This document shows, in pieces, positions 18,084-28,819 of a stretch of 47,553 nt of DNA (position 1 is its first letter; every line of letters begins with the position of its first letter). The position numbers were made by a program, and so were the translations under genes. The notes beneath the pieces were generated by a model. That model was given only the letters and a program-made list of their open reading frames with translations. It had not been told where the DNA came from and did no database searches. Origin of the DNA: a virus (lineage: Duplodnaviria > Heunggongvirae > Uroviricota > Caudoviricetes); the IMG/VR virus record IMGVR_UViG_2734482568_000006; one strand, given 5' to 3'.

Positions 18084-19197
18084 AGCTGATCCCCTGTTTT
18101 TTCATCTGCTGGCGAATAAAGGCATCAACATCGTCACCGGAACCACCCCGGCCCTTACTGTCCGGCTCTGCCGGAACGATAAAGCCGTCACGCGGTGCCA
18201 GTACCAGCCGGGTGACTTCCCCGTTATGTTCATCAAGTAAAAACTCCACCTGACAGACCAGCAGTTCAGTCTGTTCTATACCGAAACGCAGGGCTGAAAC
18301 ACCGGTCAGCAGATTGACATCCCATAACCGGCCATCATCCCGGAACCAGCCACGCACGGTGGCAGAAAACCGTTCTGAACGGGCAATCGCACGGCGCATT
18401 TCACGCAGGGCACGCTGCCGTGCACCGGTGGTGTCTGTCTGTTGATCGGCGAGGATGATTTTCGACCGGTAGCGGCCGATCTGCTCATCACTGATGACGC
18501 CCACAGGTGCTGCCAGACGGGCGGCGGATTCGCTGTCTCCCCGTTTGCCACCACCGCGCCCGTGTCCCCGGACACGGTATTCGCTGTATCGTCCTCGCCA
18601 GTCCGTGTTGTAATCGGCATCAAGCAGGTTATCTCCCAGCACCAGTCTGTCCGTCTGCTGGCTTCCTGCCTGGGTGAACACCAGATCGCCGTCAGCATTA
18701 CTGGTCACCAGCACCCCGCGATGCCGGGCAGCACGGGTCAGCGCATCCGCCACGGTTTCTGAGTTTTCCAGCGTAAAAGAGCTGAAGGGGCGTGCAGCCG
18801 TGTCGTCGTTAACCTGCCAGCGCACGGCTATCCCGAAGGGCGCACATAAATCTGCGGCAATCTGTGCCAGCGTCCGGTTGCGCCACTGGCTGCCGGGATG
18901 GATGGCGGCACAGTCCACCAGGTCGCCGGTTTTATCCCGACCGCTGATGCTGATCTGATGACGGGTTGCACTGATCCGCTGACTGACCTGATCCAGCCAG
19001 CCACTGATGACCGTCTGCCCGTTAATTCTGAGCGTCAGGGACTGACCGGTTCGCAGGGCTGAGGGGATGCGCTCACCGGGCAGCATCAGCCCCAGTTCAA
19101 ACGACCCGGCCAGATGCTCCAGCGAGCGACGGACGCTGACCGTCAGCCAGCCGGAAAAAATACTGCCACCGATATACAGTTCAATCCTGCTGCTCAC
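18073..19197 (-). CDS. Baseplate hub / tail protein (Mu gp44, gene P position)
   Basis: 374 aa, synteny immediately after the gp43-position gene. Confidence 0.6.
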   Translation of the reverse strand: MSSRIELYIGGSIFSGWLTVSVRRSLEHLAGSFELGLMLPGERIPSALRTGQSLTLRINGQTVISGWLDQVSQRISATRHQISISGRDKTGDLVDCAAIHPGSQWRNRTLAQIAADLCAPFGIAVRWQVNDDTAARPFSSFTLENSETVADALTRAARHRGVLVTSNADGDLVFTQAGSQQTDRLVLGDNLLDADYNTDWRGRYSEYRVRGHGRGGGKRGDSESAARLAAPVGVISDEQIGRYRSKIILADQQTDTTGARQRALREMRRAIARSERFSATVRGWFRDDGRLWDVNLLTGVSALRFGIEQTELLVCQVEFLLDEHNGEVTRLVLAPRDGFIVPAEPDSKGRGGSGDDVDAFIRQQMKKQGISFDE

Positions 19198-20539
19198 TGA
19201 TCACCTCCACGCTGCGGCCACCCGGAACAAAAACCGGATCGGGGATATTGTTTCTGCGGACAAAATACTGCCAGCGACTGCTGTTGCCGGTGGCACGGTA
19301 CAGCGTGACCAGTGCCGGTTCGGTGGTGCGAACCATGACCTGAAAAGCACCGGGAAGATGCACGCTCCGTGTGGTTAAATCTTCTGTCAGCGCAAGCCCT
19401 GCATCACGTAATGCAAGGGCAGTCCCGGTATAGCCCTGTGCGGACAGATCCAGCACCTGTTGTTCCATGGCATCGCTCAAATCCCGGTTGATACGCTGCA
19501 CATCAGCAGAACTTTCCAGCCAGGCCAGTCCGCCCGAACGGTCAGTATCCTGAACGTGCGTCGTATTCTGCCGGATGACCTGATCCAGCAGTTTTCCGAG
19601 CGTCTGTGCCTGCGACACCAGGGTTGCACTCTGCATCACGCTCCGCAGCAGACGGATATTTTTCTGTGCCGCAGGCGTCAGGCCAATCAGGCGCTGTGGA
19701 TCATCCTGTTCGCTGAGGGTGTAACGCAGGGAGGAAAGTGTGCGGTACAGCTGCGGCATGGCCTGCTCTGCCATGCTGTCACGGTTTGTGGTCAGGCTGC
19801 CGGACGGCGTTCCGGCTTTTCCGGTCAGAGACAGGGAAGGATCGCCGGGCAGCCCGGTCAGCACGGCAAACATTCCGGCCAGCGATTCAGCCATGCGACG
19901 GGGCGCATTAATCAGGGCGGCGGCATTGCCTTTCAGGGCAGTAAAACTGGCCGTAAAGGCACTGATATCCTGCACAATCCCCATCCCCGAAACGGCATTC
20001 TCCAGTGCATCAATCTTATCGCTGATGGTGTCGGTCATGGCCTGTACATCATGCAGACCGTCTGAAATCACCGTCCAGCCGTCTGAAAGCGTGTTAAACA
20101 GCTGATTCATTGCTGAGCCGCTTTTCTGCTCCAGCGCAGCTGCCGTATCTTCTGCCACCGCAGGGGCGGTATCGTCACTGGCGGGGATCACGTTGATCGT
20201 GAACTCAACCGTTCCCTGCTCGCTGGCGTTATAACGGCTTTCAAAGCTGTTTATCAGCACGTTTAACGTGCCGTAATCCGGGTGCATCAGTTCACCGGCA
20301 CCGGGTGCACGCAGCGCATCACGCAGGCGGCTTCGCTGTGTCTGAAGATCGTCTCCGGTCACCAGAACCGTGAATGTGAACTCCGGGAGTTTTGGCCCCA
20401 GATCATCCGCACCGCCGCTTTCACGCAGTGGGTATTCACGGCGCACAATGTTACGTCCGCCCCGTTCCCGCTGCTCCTGATAAACCAGGAACGGTACGCC
20501 ACGAAAGGAGCCACGCCCCGGCGTGTCAGTAGAGGCCAT
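19181..20539 (-). CDS. Tail protein at the Mu gp43 (gene N, DNA circularisation) position
   Basis: 452 aa directly downstream of the tape measure gene. Confidence 0.6.
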   Translation of the reverse strand: MASTDTPGRGSFRGVPFLVYQEQRERGGRNIVRREYPLRESGGADDLGPKLPEFTFTVLVTGDDLQTQRSRLRDALRAPGAGELMHPDYGTLNVLINSFESRYNASEQGTVEFTINVIPASDDTAPAVAEDTAAALEQKSGSAMNQLFNTLSDGWTVISDGLHDVQAMTDTISDKIDALENAVSGMGIVQDISAFTASFTALKGNAAALINAPRRMAESLAGMFAVLTGLPGDPSLSLTGKAGTPSGSLTTNRDSMAEQAMPQLYRTLSSLRYTLSEQDDPQRLIGLTPAAQKNIRLLRSVMQSATLVSQAQTLGKLLDQVIRQNTTHVQDTDRSGGLAWLESSADVQRINRDLSDAMEQQVLDLSAQGYTGTALALRDAGLALTEDLTTRSVHLPGAFQVMVRTTEPALVTLYRATGNSSRWQYFVRRNNIPDPVFVPGGRSVEVISEQQD

Positions 20540-22583
20540 AGTTCCCTCCGTTCCAGACGTTCACATCCAGGCCATGCTGTGCGGTATCATCCACATCAAT
20601 ACTGCGCGCCCGCCAGCCTTCAGGGGCAACAAGCTCCACCCGTGCGGCGGTTTTCGCGGTGGCCTGTCCGCCGTTTTCGTCACTGCCGCCACGCAGTTTC
20701 TGCCAGGCCTGCGTCAGCCAGCCCCCCAGATAATCACCGAGATAGCTGCCCACCGTGGAACCAATGGCAACCCCGACCGGACCGGCAGCCGCCCCCAGCG
20801 CGCCACCGGCGATACTTCCGGCAAGGGAACCCACGGCACCGGCTTTATCGGCTGCACTGGCGCTGCTGTCCAGCAGTACAGGAGCCGCCATGGCACCGGC
20901 CCACAGGGCACCACCACCCAGCCGACCGGCACCACGGAACAGCCCGGCAAAACGCCCCAGCCCCATGCGGTTTCCGGCCGCCGTTAGCAGACCACCGGCA
21001 CGGCTCATCATACGACCGAAGAAGCCCTGTTTACCGGCACTCTCCGCCAGTTGCTCACCGGCAGTCACGACGGTCGTGACACCCCGTCCACGTCCGGGGC
21101 CGCGTTTTTTACGGCCGCGCACGGTTTTGCCGTCACCGCTGACCACCACATCCCCGCCACCTGAGGCCAGGCCACCCGCAGGCCAATTGGTGACCAGCAC
21201 GGGCTGAACGGCAGCCGGATTTACCCCGGTAAGGAAATTCAGGAACCGGCCAGCGCGTCCGGGCTGCGTTCCCGGTACAGTGGTCTGCGGTTTGCGGAAG
21301 GGCGACGTCAGCACGGAGGTCATCGCCATGCCATAGCGTAAGGGGGTTGCGCCGAGACGTAATGCCCCCGTCCCCGCAAACCTGAGCACCTTCAGCGCAC
21401 GGGAGGCGAGATACATATACATCAGGTACTTTGCGGCGGTCTGCGCACCCTGACCAATGCGATCCAGCGCATCGCCATAACCGGCGTCGCGCAGTGCCTG
21501 AAGCGTTTCCCTGACTTTCTGAATGACCCGGTAAAAGCCGGTCGCAGCGTCTCTGGCATACTCAAATCCCTGATTCAGGGCTGAGGCCGTCTGTGTGGCC
21601 AGCTTATCCTGTAAGCCGCTTTTCTGTGCCGCATCAGCATAATCCAGAAAGCCTTTCAGGCTCTTTTTCAGGCTGTCAAACGGTCCCTTTGCCATCACCT
21701 CGCGGGCAAATCCGTCCCAGACATCGCCCATCATGGACGTCATTCCCGTCCAGGAATTCATGGCGTTTTTCTGGGCACCTTTTGCCTGTTCGGCCATCAC
21801 CTGAAATAACAGGCGAATGCTGTCCGGTCCCAGTTTTCCTTTCTCGCCTTTCTCACGGATGATCTTCTGGTTTACACCCAGCTTATCGGCCAGCAACTGG
21901 TAAACGTTAATCCCGTATCCGGTCAGAATATTGGCGTCCGCTGCCTGGATACTCTGGCGGGCAAACATCTGTTTGAGTTGCAGGGACGCACCCTGTGCAT
22001 CTGACAGTGACCAGCCGTGATAGCCGCCCTGATCCTGAAGCATGGTAATAAAGCGACGGGCTTCCCTGTCACTCATACCGAACCCGCGACTGGAGGCGTA
22101 TTCCTGCATAACCCCCGCCAGCCCCCAGGTGGTGTCTTTGGCGTTCTGTACCGCCCAGGCTTTCACTGCTTCCGTTTTTGCCGTATCGCCATGATTAATG
22201 GCGTTGAGACGCAGAATATAGTTCTCCATCTCTGCGGCCGGGCGGATAAAGGCTTTATTAAACCCGTAGACCGCAGCCCCTCCCGCCAGCATCCCGTAAA
22301 GGTTGCTTATCCGCCCGATGGTGCCGGTAATGCTGCCCTGAAGGCGGTCAAAATCTGACGTCACCGTGCGGATACTGCCACGAACACCGGCAAGCGTTCG
22401 CTGCATACGGGAGCCGACAAGTTCTGTCTCCTGACCGGCACGACGTGCTGCATTTCCAAGACCACCCAGCCCCGTCCTGCCGGAACGGGAGAATGCCCCC
22501 AGCTCCTGTGACCACTGGCGGGATTTGGCAGAAATATTGCCGAGTAAATCGACAATCAGGGAGGCTTTCAGGTTTTTTGCCAT
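20526..22583 (-). CDS. Tail tape measure protein
   Basis: 685 aa, Gly/Ala-rich with helical N-terminal part; position between tube/chaperone and baseplate genes. Confidence 0.8.
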   Translation of the reverse strand: MAKNLKASLIVDLLGNISAKSRQWSQELGAFSRSGRTGLGGLGNAARRAGQETELVGSRMQRTLAGVRGSIRTVTSDFDRLQGSITGTIGRISNLYGMLAGGAAVYGFNKAFIRPAAEMENYILRLNAINHGDTAKTEAVKAWAVQNAKDTTWGLAGVMQEYASSRGFGMSDREARRFITMLQDQGGYHGWSLSDAQGASLQLKQMFARQSIQAADANILTGYGINVYQLLADKLGVNQKIIREKGEKGKLGPDSIRLLFQVMAEQAKGAQKNAMNSWTGMTSMMGDVWDGFAREVMAKGPFDSLKKSLKGFLDYADAAQKSGLQDKLATQTASALNQGFEYARDAATGFYRVIQKVRETLQALRDAGYGDALDRIGQGAQTAAKYLMYMYLASRALKVLRFAGTGALRLGATPLRYGMAMTSVLTSPFRKPQTTVPGTQPGRAGRFLNFLTGVNPAAVQPVLVTNWPAGGLASGGGDVVVSGDGKTVRGRKKRGPGRGRGVTTVVTAGEQLAESAGKQGFFGRMMSRAGGLLTAAGNRMGLGRFAGLFRGAGRLGGGALWAGAMAAPVLLDSSASAADKAGAVGSLAGSIAGGALGAAAGPVGVAIGSTVGSYLGDYLGGWLTQAWQKLRGGSDENGGQATAKTAARVELVAPEGWRARSIDVDDTAQHGLDVNVWNGGNYGLY

Positions 22584-22710
22584 GGGTTACTGCTTCGTTC
22601 TGAGAATTTTTTCGGTCTGTCGGCAGTGCCGGTAAAGCTGCGATAAGGGGAGGTTAAGCGCCCACTCCGGGCCGCTTTTTGTCACCATCCCCAGCACAAT
22701 TGCGGCTTCT

Positions 22711-23187
22711 TCAATCTGATCCCGGCACTGCATCTGGTCGCCCCCGTTCAGCGACCAGCTTTCCGGCCATCGCGGAATCAAGCAGGCTTACTGCCGCCAT
22801 CAGTCGGGAGAGATCGCGCTCGCTGAGCTGTCCTATCTGACGCGGAGACAATGGCCCCTCAATCTGGCCGACAGCGGCAATCTGACGGCGCAGCAGCGCA
22901 ATGCCGCGCAGTGCCGGTGAGGCCACAAGAACCGGACCGTTTCGGGTTTCCATAAGACGCTCGGCCTCGCTCTCCGCATCAATGCTGTCTTTTGCCGTCA
23001 GTTCGCGGAAGGTGACGCGGTATTCACGGGATTCCCCGAACGGCAGACCGTCGAGCAGATCCACATAGCCGTTCGCCAGTTGTTCAGCCAGCCCGGCGGT
23101 GCGGGGATCGCCGTCTTCAAGTGCATCCCGGATAGCCTCCATCACGGCCTCGTCAGAAACCGCCGTTTTTTTCTTACGTGTGCTCAT
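22711..23187 (-). CDS. Tail assembly chaperone candidate (Mu gp41 position)
   Basis: 158 aa acidic protein between tail tube and tape measure genes. Confidence 0.45.
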   Translation of the reverse strand: MSTRKKKTAVSDEAVMEAIRDALEDGDPRTAGLAEQLANGYVDLLDGLPFGESREYRVTFRELTAKDSIDAESEAERLMETRNGPVLVASPALRGIALLRRQIAAVGQIEGPLSPRQIGQLSERDLSRLMAAVSLLDSAMAGKLVAERGRPDAVPGSD

Positions 23188-23201
23188 TACATTTTTCCTG
23201 A

Positions 23202-23567
23202 TTACTGGACACGGGTACTGGTGGCGCTGGCGAACTTCGCGGAGATATCACCACCACCGTCAAGCGAGGCCGGTTCACTGCTCCAGGCCTTCGTCATCAT
23301 GTGGACTTCACCGGTATCGGCCACGAACTCAATCGTGACCGCAGTCCAGGTGTTGATTTCATCGGCAGCCGGTGAACCTTCTCCGCCCGCCGGGAATTTA
23401 CAGTCCAGCGTCGCCTCACGGGGTTTCTCGCGATAGCCGTAAACTTTCGCGCCTTTCACCACTTCACGCTCAAAGCCGGACGGGGAGAACGTGGCCCCCT
23501 CAAGGGTGTCGTACTCCTGCCCGTTCACACGGATGGTGGCCGTGCCCTGATACTGTTTTCCGCTCAT
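23202..23567 (-). CDS. Tail tube protein (Mu M-like)
   Basis: 121 aa directly downstream of the sheath gene. Confidence 0.7.
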   Translation of the reverse strand: MSGKQYQGTATIRVNGQEYDTLEGATFSPSGFEREVVKGAKVYGYREKPREATLDCKFPAGGEGSPAADEINTWTAVTIEFVADTGEVHMMTKAWSSEPASLDGGGDISAKFASATSTRVQ

Positions 23568-23575
23568 GCCTTACC

Positions 23576-25078
23576 TCACAAAATGAAACGGATCTGCGCG
23601 GCCATGAAGCGGAACTGGTTAACCAGATCCGGTGTACACATCACATCCAGACGGTTACGGTCTTTTGTGTTGCGCTCCACGAGCAGATTCTTTTTAAAGG
23701 TGTCCAGATTTTCGACCAGTCCCAGATCCACCCATTCTTCCCCCAGCGAAATTAACTGAAGTTTCATGATCTCCGGTGTCACGATATTCTGACCGGCACG
23801 AACGGGCGTCCCGTCATCAGCCAGTTTATGGCGCGGAAAACGCTGCGTGATAAAGGTGCGCAGGGAATAACGCAGATATGACAGGGTGTAGATGGTTTCC
23901 ACATCCAGATAGCTGGGATCGATTTCGCCGTATGCATTCTGACGGTACATCGTCACCTGACGTTCAATCTGCACCACATCCGCGGCCGCGACGGTCACCG
24001 TGGACATGCCGGTATAAAGCAGGCTGTTTCGCTCTTCCCGCGTCAGACGATCCGGTGCTTCAGGTGCCATACGGGCAGGCAGCGCCAGTGTCTGTAATGG
24101 TCGGGCCGGATCCGTTGACAGGGAGGGCGCACAGACCGCACAAATGGAGGCAGCCCAGACATAATCCGGCTCTGGTGCTTTAGGAATAGAAGTGCAGGTA
24201 AACAGGAAGTCATTACGGGATTCACCAAAACTGGTTGCCGTACCGAAGGTGCCGGTATGCGCCATCCAGACCATACCGTCCGACATTTTTACCGGTCCCC
24301 AGCGTTTCAGCAGTTCATCCGCCAGAATTTTGAGATTTGCCGCATCCTTATAGGGCATGACGATGTAGTTGTACTGACGATTCCCCATCCCTGAGACGCT
24401 ACGGGTGATATCGGGGTTTGTTGCCTTCTGTGTTGGCGCGACGAGCTCCAGCGTAAGACCGGCCGGTGTAGTTTCACCGTCATAATAGTTCACCCGTAAA
24501 TCATGAGCTGAGCATTCACCGATAAAGCGGGCGTTAACCCCCATGCTGCCTTTAAGTCCTTCAGCATTATCACCACTGACTTCAGCTGCGATAGCAGTGA
24601 ATGGCGCATCAGTGTCAGCGTTAATGACCTTAGCCAGCTCTTCCACAAGCTCTTTACCTTTTTTCCCCTTACTGACGGGCAGGAGGTAACGGCGACCGCC
24701 GATGTAAACACTTAACACCCCGTCTGCCAATGCTGTTCCAATGATATTCATCACGCATGCCCTGGACTGACCTGTTCCAGCCCCCTGTGCAATGGCATAT
24801 AACTCTGTGTCAGGGTTAATGGCGATAAATTCCTCTACCATCAGTGCAATCATGGAACCTCGCCCCCAGAGTTCTCTTGCTTGTGAAGCTCGGGTAATAC
24901 GTACTGGTACATCAAGCTGACCGCGCCCCTGAATGGTAGTGTCTTTCATTGCAGCCTGACCAAACAACAGTACCGCCTGACGCTGTGGTGGAGTGCCGGT
25001 CACGGCCATTGAATTATTGATTTCAATCTGTACCAGCGGAATGCGATTGTTATCGCCGATATAATCAAAGTTAATCAT
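23576..25078 (-). CDS. Contractile tail sheath protein (Mu L-like)
   Basis: 500 aa, synteny and size. Confidence 0.85.
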   Translation of the reverse strand: MINFDYIGDNNRIPLVQIEINNSMAVTGTPPQRQAVLLFGQAAMKDTTIQGRGQLDVPVRITRASQARELWGRGSMIALMVEEFIAINPDTELYAIAQGAGTGQSRACVMNIIGTALADGVLSVYIGGRRYLLPVSKGKKGKELVEELAKVINADTDAPFTAIAAEVSGDNAEGLKGSMGVNARFIGECSAHDLRVNYYDGETTPAGLTLELVAPTQKATNPDITRSVSGMGNRQYNYIVMPYKDAANLKILADELLKRWGPVKMSDGMVWMAHTGTFGTATSFGESRNDFLFTCTSIPKAPEPDYVWAASICAVCAPSLSTDPARPLQTLALPARMAPEAPDRLTREERNSLLYTGMSTVTVAAADVVQIERQVTMYRQNAYGEIDPSYLDVETIYTLSYLRYSLRTFITQRFPRHKLADDGTPVRAGQNIVTPEIMKLQLISLGEEWVDLGLVENLDTFKKNLLVERNTKDRNRLDVMCTPDLVNQFRFMAAQIRFIL

Positions 25079-25356
25079 CAGGACGTCCCCTTATCTGATG
25101 CTGCGGTTTTTTCAGCCACCGCCGCAGTTTTTTCTGCTACCGCTCCCGCTGGTTTTGCCGCCGCGCCGGTATTAGCAGTTGTGGCAGCCGGGGCAGGCTC
25201 CGCCGTTTTATCCACCACAATGACGTCGCCATCATTAAGACGGCGGCACCAGAACGGAGTGAAGGGTTTCTCTTCCCCGTCCTGAGAGAGCGGAGTCATC
25301 GTGTCGGGATCGCGGATCAGGCATCCCGGCGCAGGTTTAATAAAAATGGTTGTCAT
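25078..25356 (-). CDS. Hypothetical structural protein (Mu gp38 position)
   Basis: 92 aa with Ala/Thr-rich tail; translationally coupled within the structural block. Confidence 0.45.
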   Translation of the reverse strand: MTTIFIKPAPGCLIRDPDTMTPLSQDGEEKPFTPFWCRRLNDGDVIVVDKTAEPAPAATTANTGAAAKPAGAVAEKTAAVAEKTAASDKGTS

Positions 25357-25359
25357 CTG

Positions 25360-25923
25360 TTATTCCTCTGACAGTCCGGCGTTTTCACCGGCGGCAGTTG
25401 CACCAGGCAGACGGATGTGTGCCTTAAATTCCGGCGTGCCTTCCGGTTCGGTAAAGGTTTCGTAATGGCGCAGGAAATCATCCAGCGAGCTGATATCCGT
25501 CAGCGGGTCGATCATTTCCTCGCATGAGAAATACAGGGCGTACATCACGGCACCGCTGCCTGCCTGCGTTTCGGTGTAACCGTTGACCGCCTTTTCAAAG
25601 TAAAGCGGTGAGGTTTTTTCTGCTCTGAAGCCGTCCAGCACGGTAATCAGGCGGGCCACAATCTGATAAAGCCCGGGACGGCTGACCTCACGGCCATTGA
25701 GCATGTCGCCGATGACGTAGAACACCCAGTGACTGACCAGACGCCCACGGGTACGCCCTTCACCGGCACCCAGCCAGGCAACATAGATAGCCGGGGCGTT
25801 AATCAGCATGGTGCGCAGTACGCTGTCGCTCCAGTCGCCGGGATGTGTGTCAACAGACACCAGTTCATTCCCGAAATACTCACGGATACGGGCGATGTAC
25901 GCCTGCTCGGTTTCCGTAATCAT
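25360..25923 (-). CDS. Head-tail connector/completion protein candidate (Mu gp37 position)
   Basis: Synteny only. Confidence 0.5.
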   Translation of the reverse strand: MITETEQAYIARIREYFGNELVSVDTHPGDWSDSVLRTMLINAPAIYVAWLGAGEGRTRGRLVSHWVFYVIGDMLNGREVSRPGLYQIVARLITVLDGFRAEKTSPLYFEKAVNGYTETQAGSGAVMYALYFSCEEMIDPLTDISSLDDFLRHYETFTEPEGTPEFKAHIRLPGATAAGENAGLSEE

Positions 25924-26339
25924 ATAAAGCCCTTCTGGTTGCGCCCGAACACCGCCGCATCAGACTGCACCTGCGGTAAATCCCCGGATTCAGGGGCCGC
26001 ACCGTCTGTATCCACGCCGACCGGCACGTTACCGTTCATGACATCTTTCAGCCAGGCCAGCGCCTCACGGTAACGGTCACGCGCCTGATCGGATGCCCGC
26101 TGATCGCACAGGTAATAAAAGGCAATCGTGCAGCAATGCTGAACAAGGACCGCCGGAACCACCGCCAGCGGCAGCGTGTAACGGGAAGACAGATAGCTGT
26201 CGATAAGGGCAGACGCGTCCGTCAGTGCCCGGTTCAGCTTGCGCGTGTCCGGTTCATCCGAACGGGGCACGGCCAGTAATGGCCTGAGCAAATCCTCGCG
26301 GTAACGTGCCCGCATATCGGTTTCGGTGGCGTAATTCAT
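25920..26339 (-). CDS. Head-tail joining protein candidate (Mu gp36 position)
   Basis: Synteny only. Confidence 0.5.
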   Translation of the reverse strand: MNYATETDMRARYREDLLRPLLAVPRSDEPDTRKLNRALTDASALIDSYLSSRYTLPLAVVPAVLVQHCCTIAFYYLCDQRASDQARDRYREALAWLKDVMNGNVPVGVDTDGAAPESGDLPQVQSDAAVFGRNQKGFI

Positions 26340-26695
26340 GCGCGCGCCTTTTTCGCCTGTCTGGCGTTATTGCCGGTCTTTTTCCGGGGAGCATCCTGTA
26401 CGGTTTCGGCTTCGGCTAAATCTGCACCGGTCTCTGCATGAACCACACCCGCCACGGCTCCCGCATCATCACCAGGCGTCTGTAGTATTCGTACAGTGAG
26501 GCATGGCTCCGCTTCCAGTCGGGCAAGCTGCTCCGGGGTGACGTCAACCTGCTGGCGTCCCCGCATGAACAGGAACCCCGCACGACGAAAATGCGTACGA
26601 CTGCAACGCACTTCTGCCAGTACCGTGACAGGACTGTCACCACTGACCTGAAGGCCTGAATCATCTGTTGCTGCCACAGTGTGATGTTCATTCAT
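26336..26695 (-). CDS. Hypothetical head protein (Mu gp35 position)
   Basis: Synteny only. Confidence 0.45.
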   Translation of the reverse strand: MNEHHTVAATDDSGLQVSGDSPVTVLAEVRCSRTHFRRAGFLFMRGRQQVDVTPEQLARLEAEPCLTVRILQTPGDDAGAVAGVVHAETGADLAEAETVQDAPRKKTGNNARQAKKARA

Positions 26696-26738
26696 ATTTG
26701 CCCTCCGCAGGGGCCGGGCCGTAAGCCCGGCTCACCGT

Positions 26739-27686
26739 TTACAGATAATCCGCGACAACCAGCTCCAGCTTGCCCTTCATCTCGTTAGAGACTGTGGCGT
26801 TACCGTCTGCGAACAGCTCGCGCTCCAGCAGCTGCACCGCCTGTTTTTCCAGCGAGGTGGGGACAACAATATGGGTGGGTTTGATGCCGAGTTTGCGGCC
26901 ACCGTCAGCCTTAAAGTCACGCATGGCTGACCAGCCGTGCCACAGCGCATCCAGCGTCAGCGGTGACTGCATCATGTAGGCCATCTGCCAGAAGCCGTAG
27001 CCCACATTGCGACGGGCGGAAGCACCGAACACAAACTCGTTATCAGTAAACGCACGGCCTTCATCGACTTTTGTCTGGGCAACCAGTTCGGCTTTGCGGC
27101 GATCCTGATAAATCAGCGGTTTTACCGCGCGGGAGCAGTCAAGCAGATACCAGGCCGGGCCGCTGTAATCCGCCTGTGCACCGACAGAGCCGGTTTTTGC
27201 CACAAACATATTGCTGACCATCTGTGCATCACCGGAGCCATCCACTTTGGGGTAAACAGGGTGTTCGGTATCAAAGAAGTTCTGGCCGTCATAGCAGGCC
27301 GCATTCAGACCATCACGCAGTGCAGCAAAGACCAGTTCATCCGGTTGTGCCGCAGCGGCACGACCCATTTCCTGGAATAACGGGGAGTAGATGCCGAGAT
27401 TGTCGTCTTCAAAGTCATCGCGGCTAATGGCAACGGTGCCTTCAAAGGTTTTGTTCACGATGGCGTAGCCATAGGCTTTCATCTTCTCGATGACGCGGGA
27501 GCCGATCCACTCACGGAACTGCGGGAACTGCCCCAGCCAGCCGTAGGTGTTGGATTTCGAGGTGGACGGCACGGTCATCGCAATTTTCTGGTACTGCGAC
27601 GGAGCCATGGACATCCCGGCCTGAAAATCAGAACGGTAGCCCGTCATCAGGGCGGTGATCATCGCCGGTGTAATCGGGGTAGGCAT
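26739..27686 (-). CDS. Major capsid protein (Mu T-like)
   Basis: 315 aa directly downstream of the protease/scaffold gene. Confidence 0.8.
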   Translation of the reverse strand: MPTPITPAMITALMTGYRSDFQAGMSMAPSQYQKIAMTVPSTSKSNTYGWLGQFPQFREWIGSRVIEKMKAYGYAIVNKTFEGTVAISRDDFEDDNLGIYSPLFQEMGRAAAAQPDELVFAALRDGLNAACYDGQNFFDTEHPVYPKVDGSGDAQMVSNMFVAKTGSVGAQADYSGPAWYLLDCSRAVKPLIYQDRRKAELVAQTKVDEGRAFTDNEFVFGASARRNVGYGFWQMAYMMQSPLTLDALWHGWSAMRDFKADGGRKLGIKPTHIVVPTSLEKQAVQLLERELFADGNATVSNEMKGKLELVVADYL

Positions 27687-28819
27687 TATTGCATTTCCTC
27701 TTTCATTTTCAGGAACTCGGCTTCGGTTTTACCCAACAGACGTGCGGCGGCGATATCTTCAGCCGACAGCACAGCGGTGGCGGTCTTTTTATCCGGCACG
27801 GTTACGGTGTCGGTCTGAAGAGTGGTCAGAGCCGCAACCGGCTGGCGGGCGTCAAGCTGTGCAGAAAGTGCCGCGACGCCAATCTGTTGTCCGAGTCCTT
27901 CCATGTATCCGCGTTCGCTTTTGAAAATGCGTCCTTCGGACTCGGCCTTATCCAGCAACTGCTCCAGCGTGGTGCTGCCGTGTTGTGCCGACAGCGCGGC
28001 ATATTCGGTACGCAGGGCGTTATACGTCTCAACGGGCACATATTTCGTCAGATCAATAGTGCCGCCAGTTGGTGTGCCTTTTGCGGTTTCCAGTTCTGCC
28101 GACAGGCTGGCAACCTGCGTTTTCAGGGTGTCGTGCGCATCCGCACGGGTTTTGATCCCGGTAAGGGCAGACAGCGCCGCCGTGCCCAGTTCCGGTGTAA
28201 ATTCGTCACCGTCAGCCACGGTCAGACCGAGCGCCGTCAGCAACTGGCGTAATTGCTCATTCATGGGGGATTGCTCCTGAGAAGGGGAAACGACATAGAG
28301 ATCATCAGCACTGAGTGCCGCGACAGGGTTCATACCCGTAATACCCGGATCATTCGTCAGGGAAGCCATGCGCAACAGGTAGGGTTCCCCGGTGTCAGCG
28401 AAATAATGCATATATGCAGACAGATAGGCATATTCACGGTCATCAATATGTTTTTGTGCCTGTGGTGTCCATTCAGGTTTAATGAAAATCCCCTGACCCT
28501 CACGCCATTCGATGTTTTCCGGCTTAACCCATCCTGCAGCAATAGCCTTGAATCCGTTTTTCTGCGCATTCACGGAGTGATGGTCATAATCAATCAGTAA
28601 CGGCTGATGCAGGGCGGAAAGCCCGGCTTTCATCCGGTTACAGGCGGATTCGTTAATCAGCCAGCCTTCAGTCGGTTTTTCCGGGCGACCGTCACGGGCC
28701 TTTACCCGACCGGCTGGCAGTAACTGACACCATCCGTCGCCGGATGCAGTCAGCGAAGCTGAAAGCACGGCTAAACCGGAGGGGCGATTTGCGTCTTTTG
28801 GGTGATTTTCTGTCTTCAT
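27686..28819 (-). CDS. Head maturation protease / scaffold protein (Mu I-like)
   Basis: 377 aa with coiled-coil-rich C-terminal half; position upstream of the major capsid gene. Confidence 0.75.
   Translation of the reverse strand: MKTENHPKDANRPSGLAVLSASLTASGDGWCQLLPAGRVKARDGRPEKPTEGWLINESACNRMKAGLSALHQPLLIDYDHHSVNAQKNGFKAIAAGWVKPENIEWREGQGIFIKPEWTPQAQKHIDDREYAYLSAYMHYFADTGEPYLLRMASLTNDPGITGMNPVAALSADDLYVVSPSQEQSPMNEQLRQLLTALGLTVADGDEFTPELGTAALSALTGIKTRADAHDTLKTQVASLSAELETAKGTPTGGTIDLTKYVPVETYNALRTEYAALSAQHGSTTLEQLLDKAESEGRIFKSERGYMEGLGQQIGVAALSAQLDARQPVAALTTLQTDTVTVPDKKTATAVLSAEDIAAARLLGKTEAEFLKMKEEMQ

Noticed and set aside
20282-21207. Long plus-strand ORFs (265, 154 and 150 aa) inside the tape measure gene
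   Set aside because: Pro/Arg/Ala-rich translations typical of antisense frames in GC-rich coding sequence; fully contained in a well-supported minus-strand gene.
22587-22781. Possible programmed frameshift extension of the tail assembly chaperone (ORF overlapping the 3-prime end of 22711-23187 in another frame)
   Set aside because: The overlapping frame is +1 rather than the usual -1, no slippery heptamer was seen, and the translated sequence is of low plausibility; treated as a chance ORF.
27689-28280. Plus-strand ORFs of 187 and 152 aa inside the protease/scaffold gene
   Set aside because: Antisense frames within a syntenic structural gene; no ribosome-binding sites.
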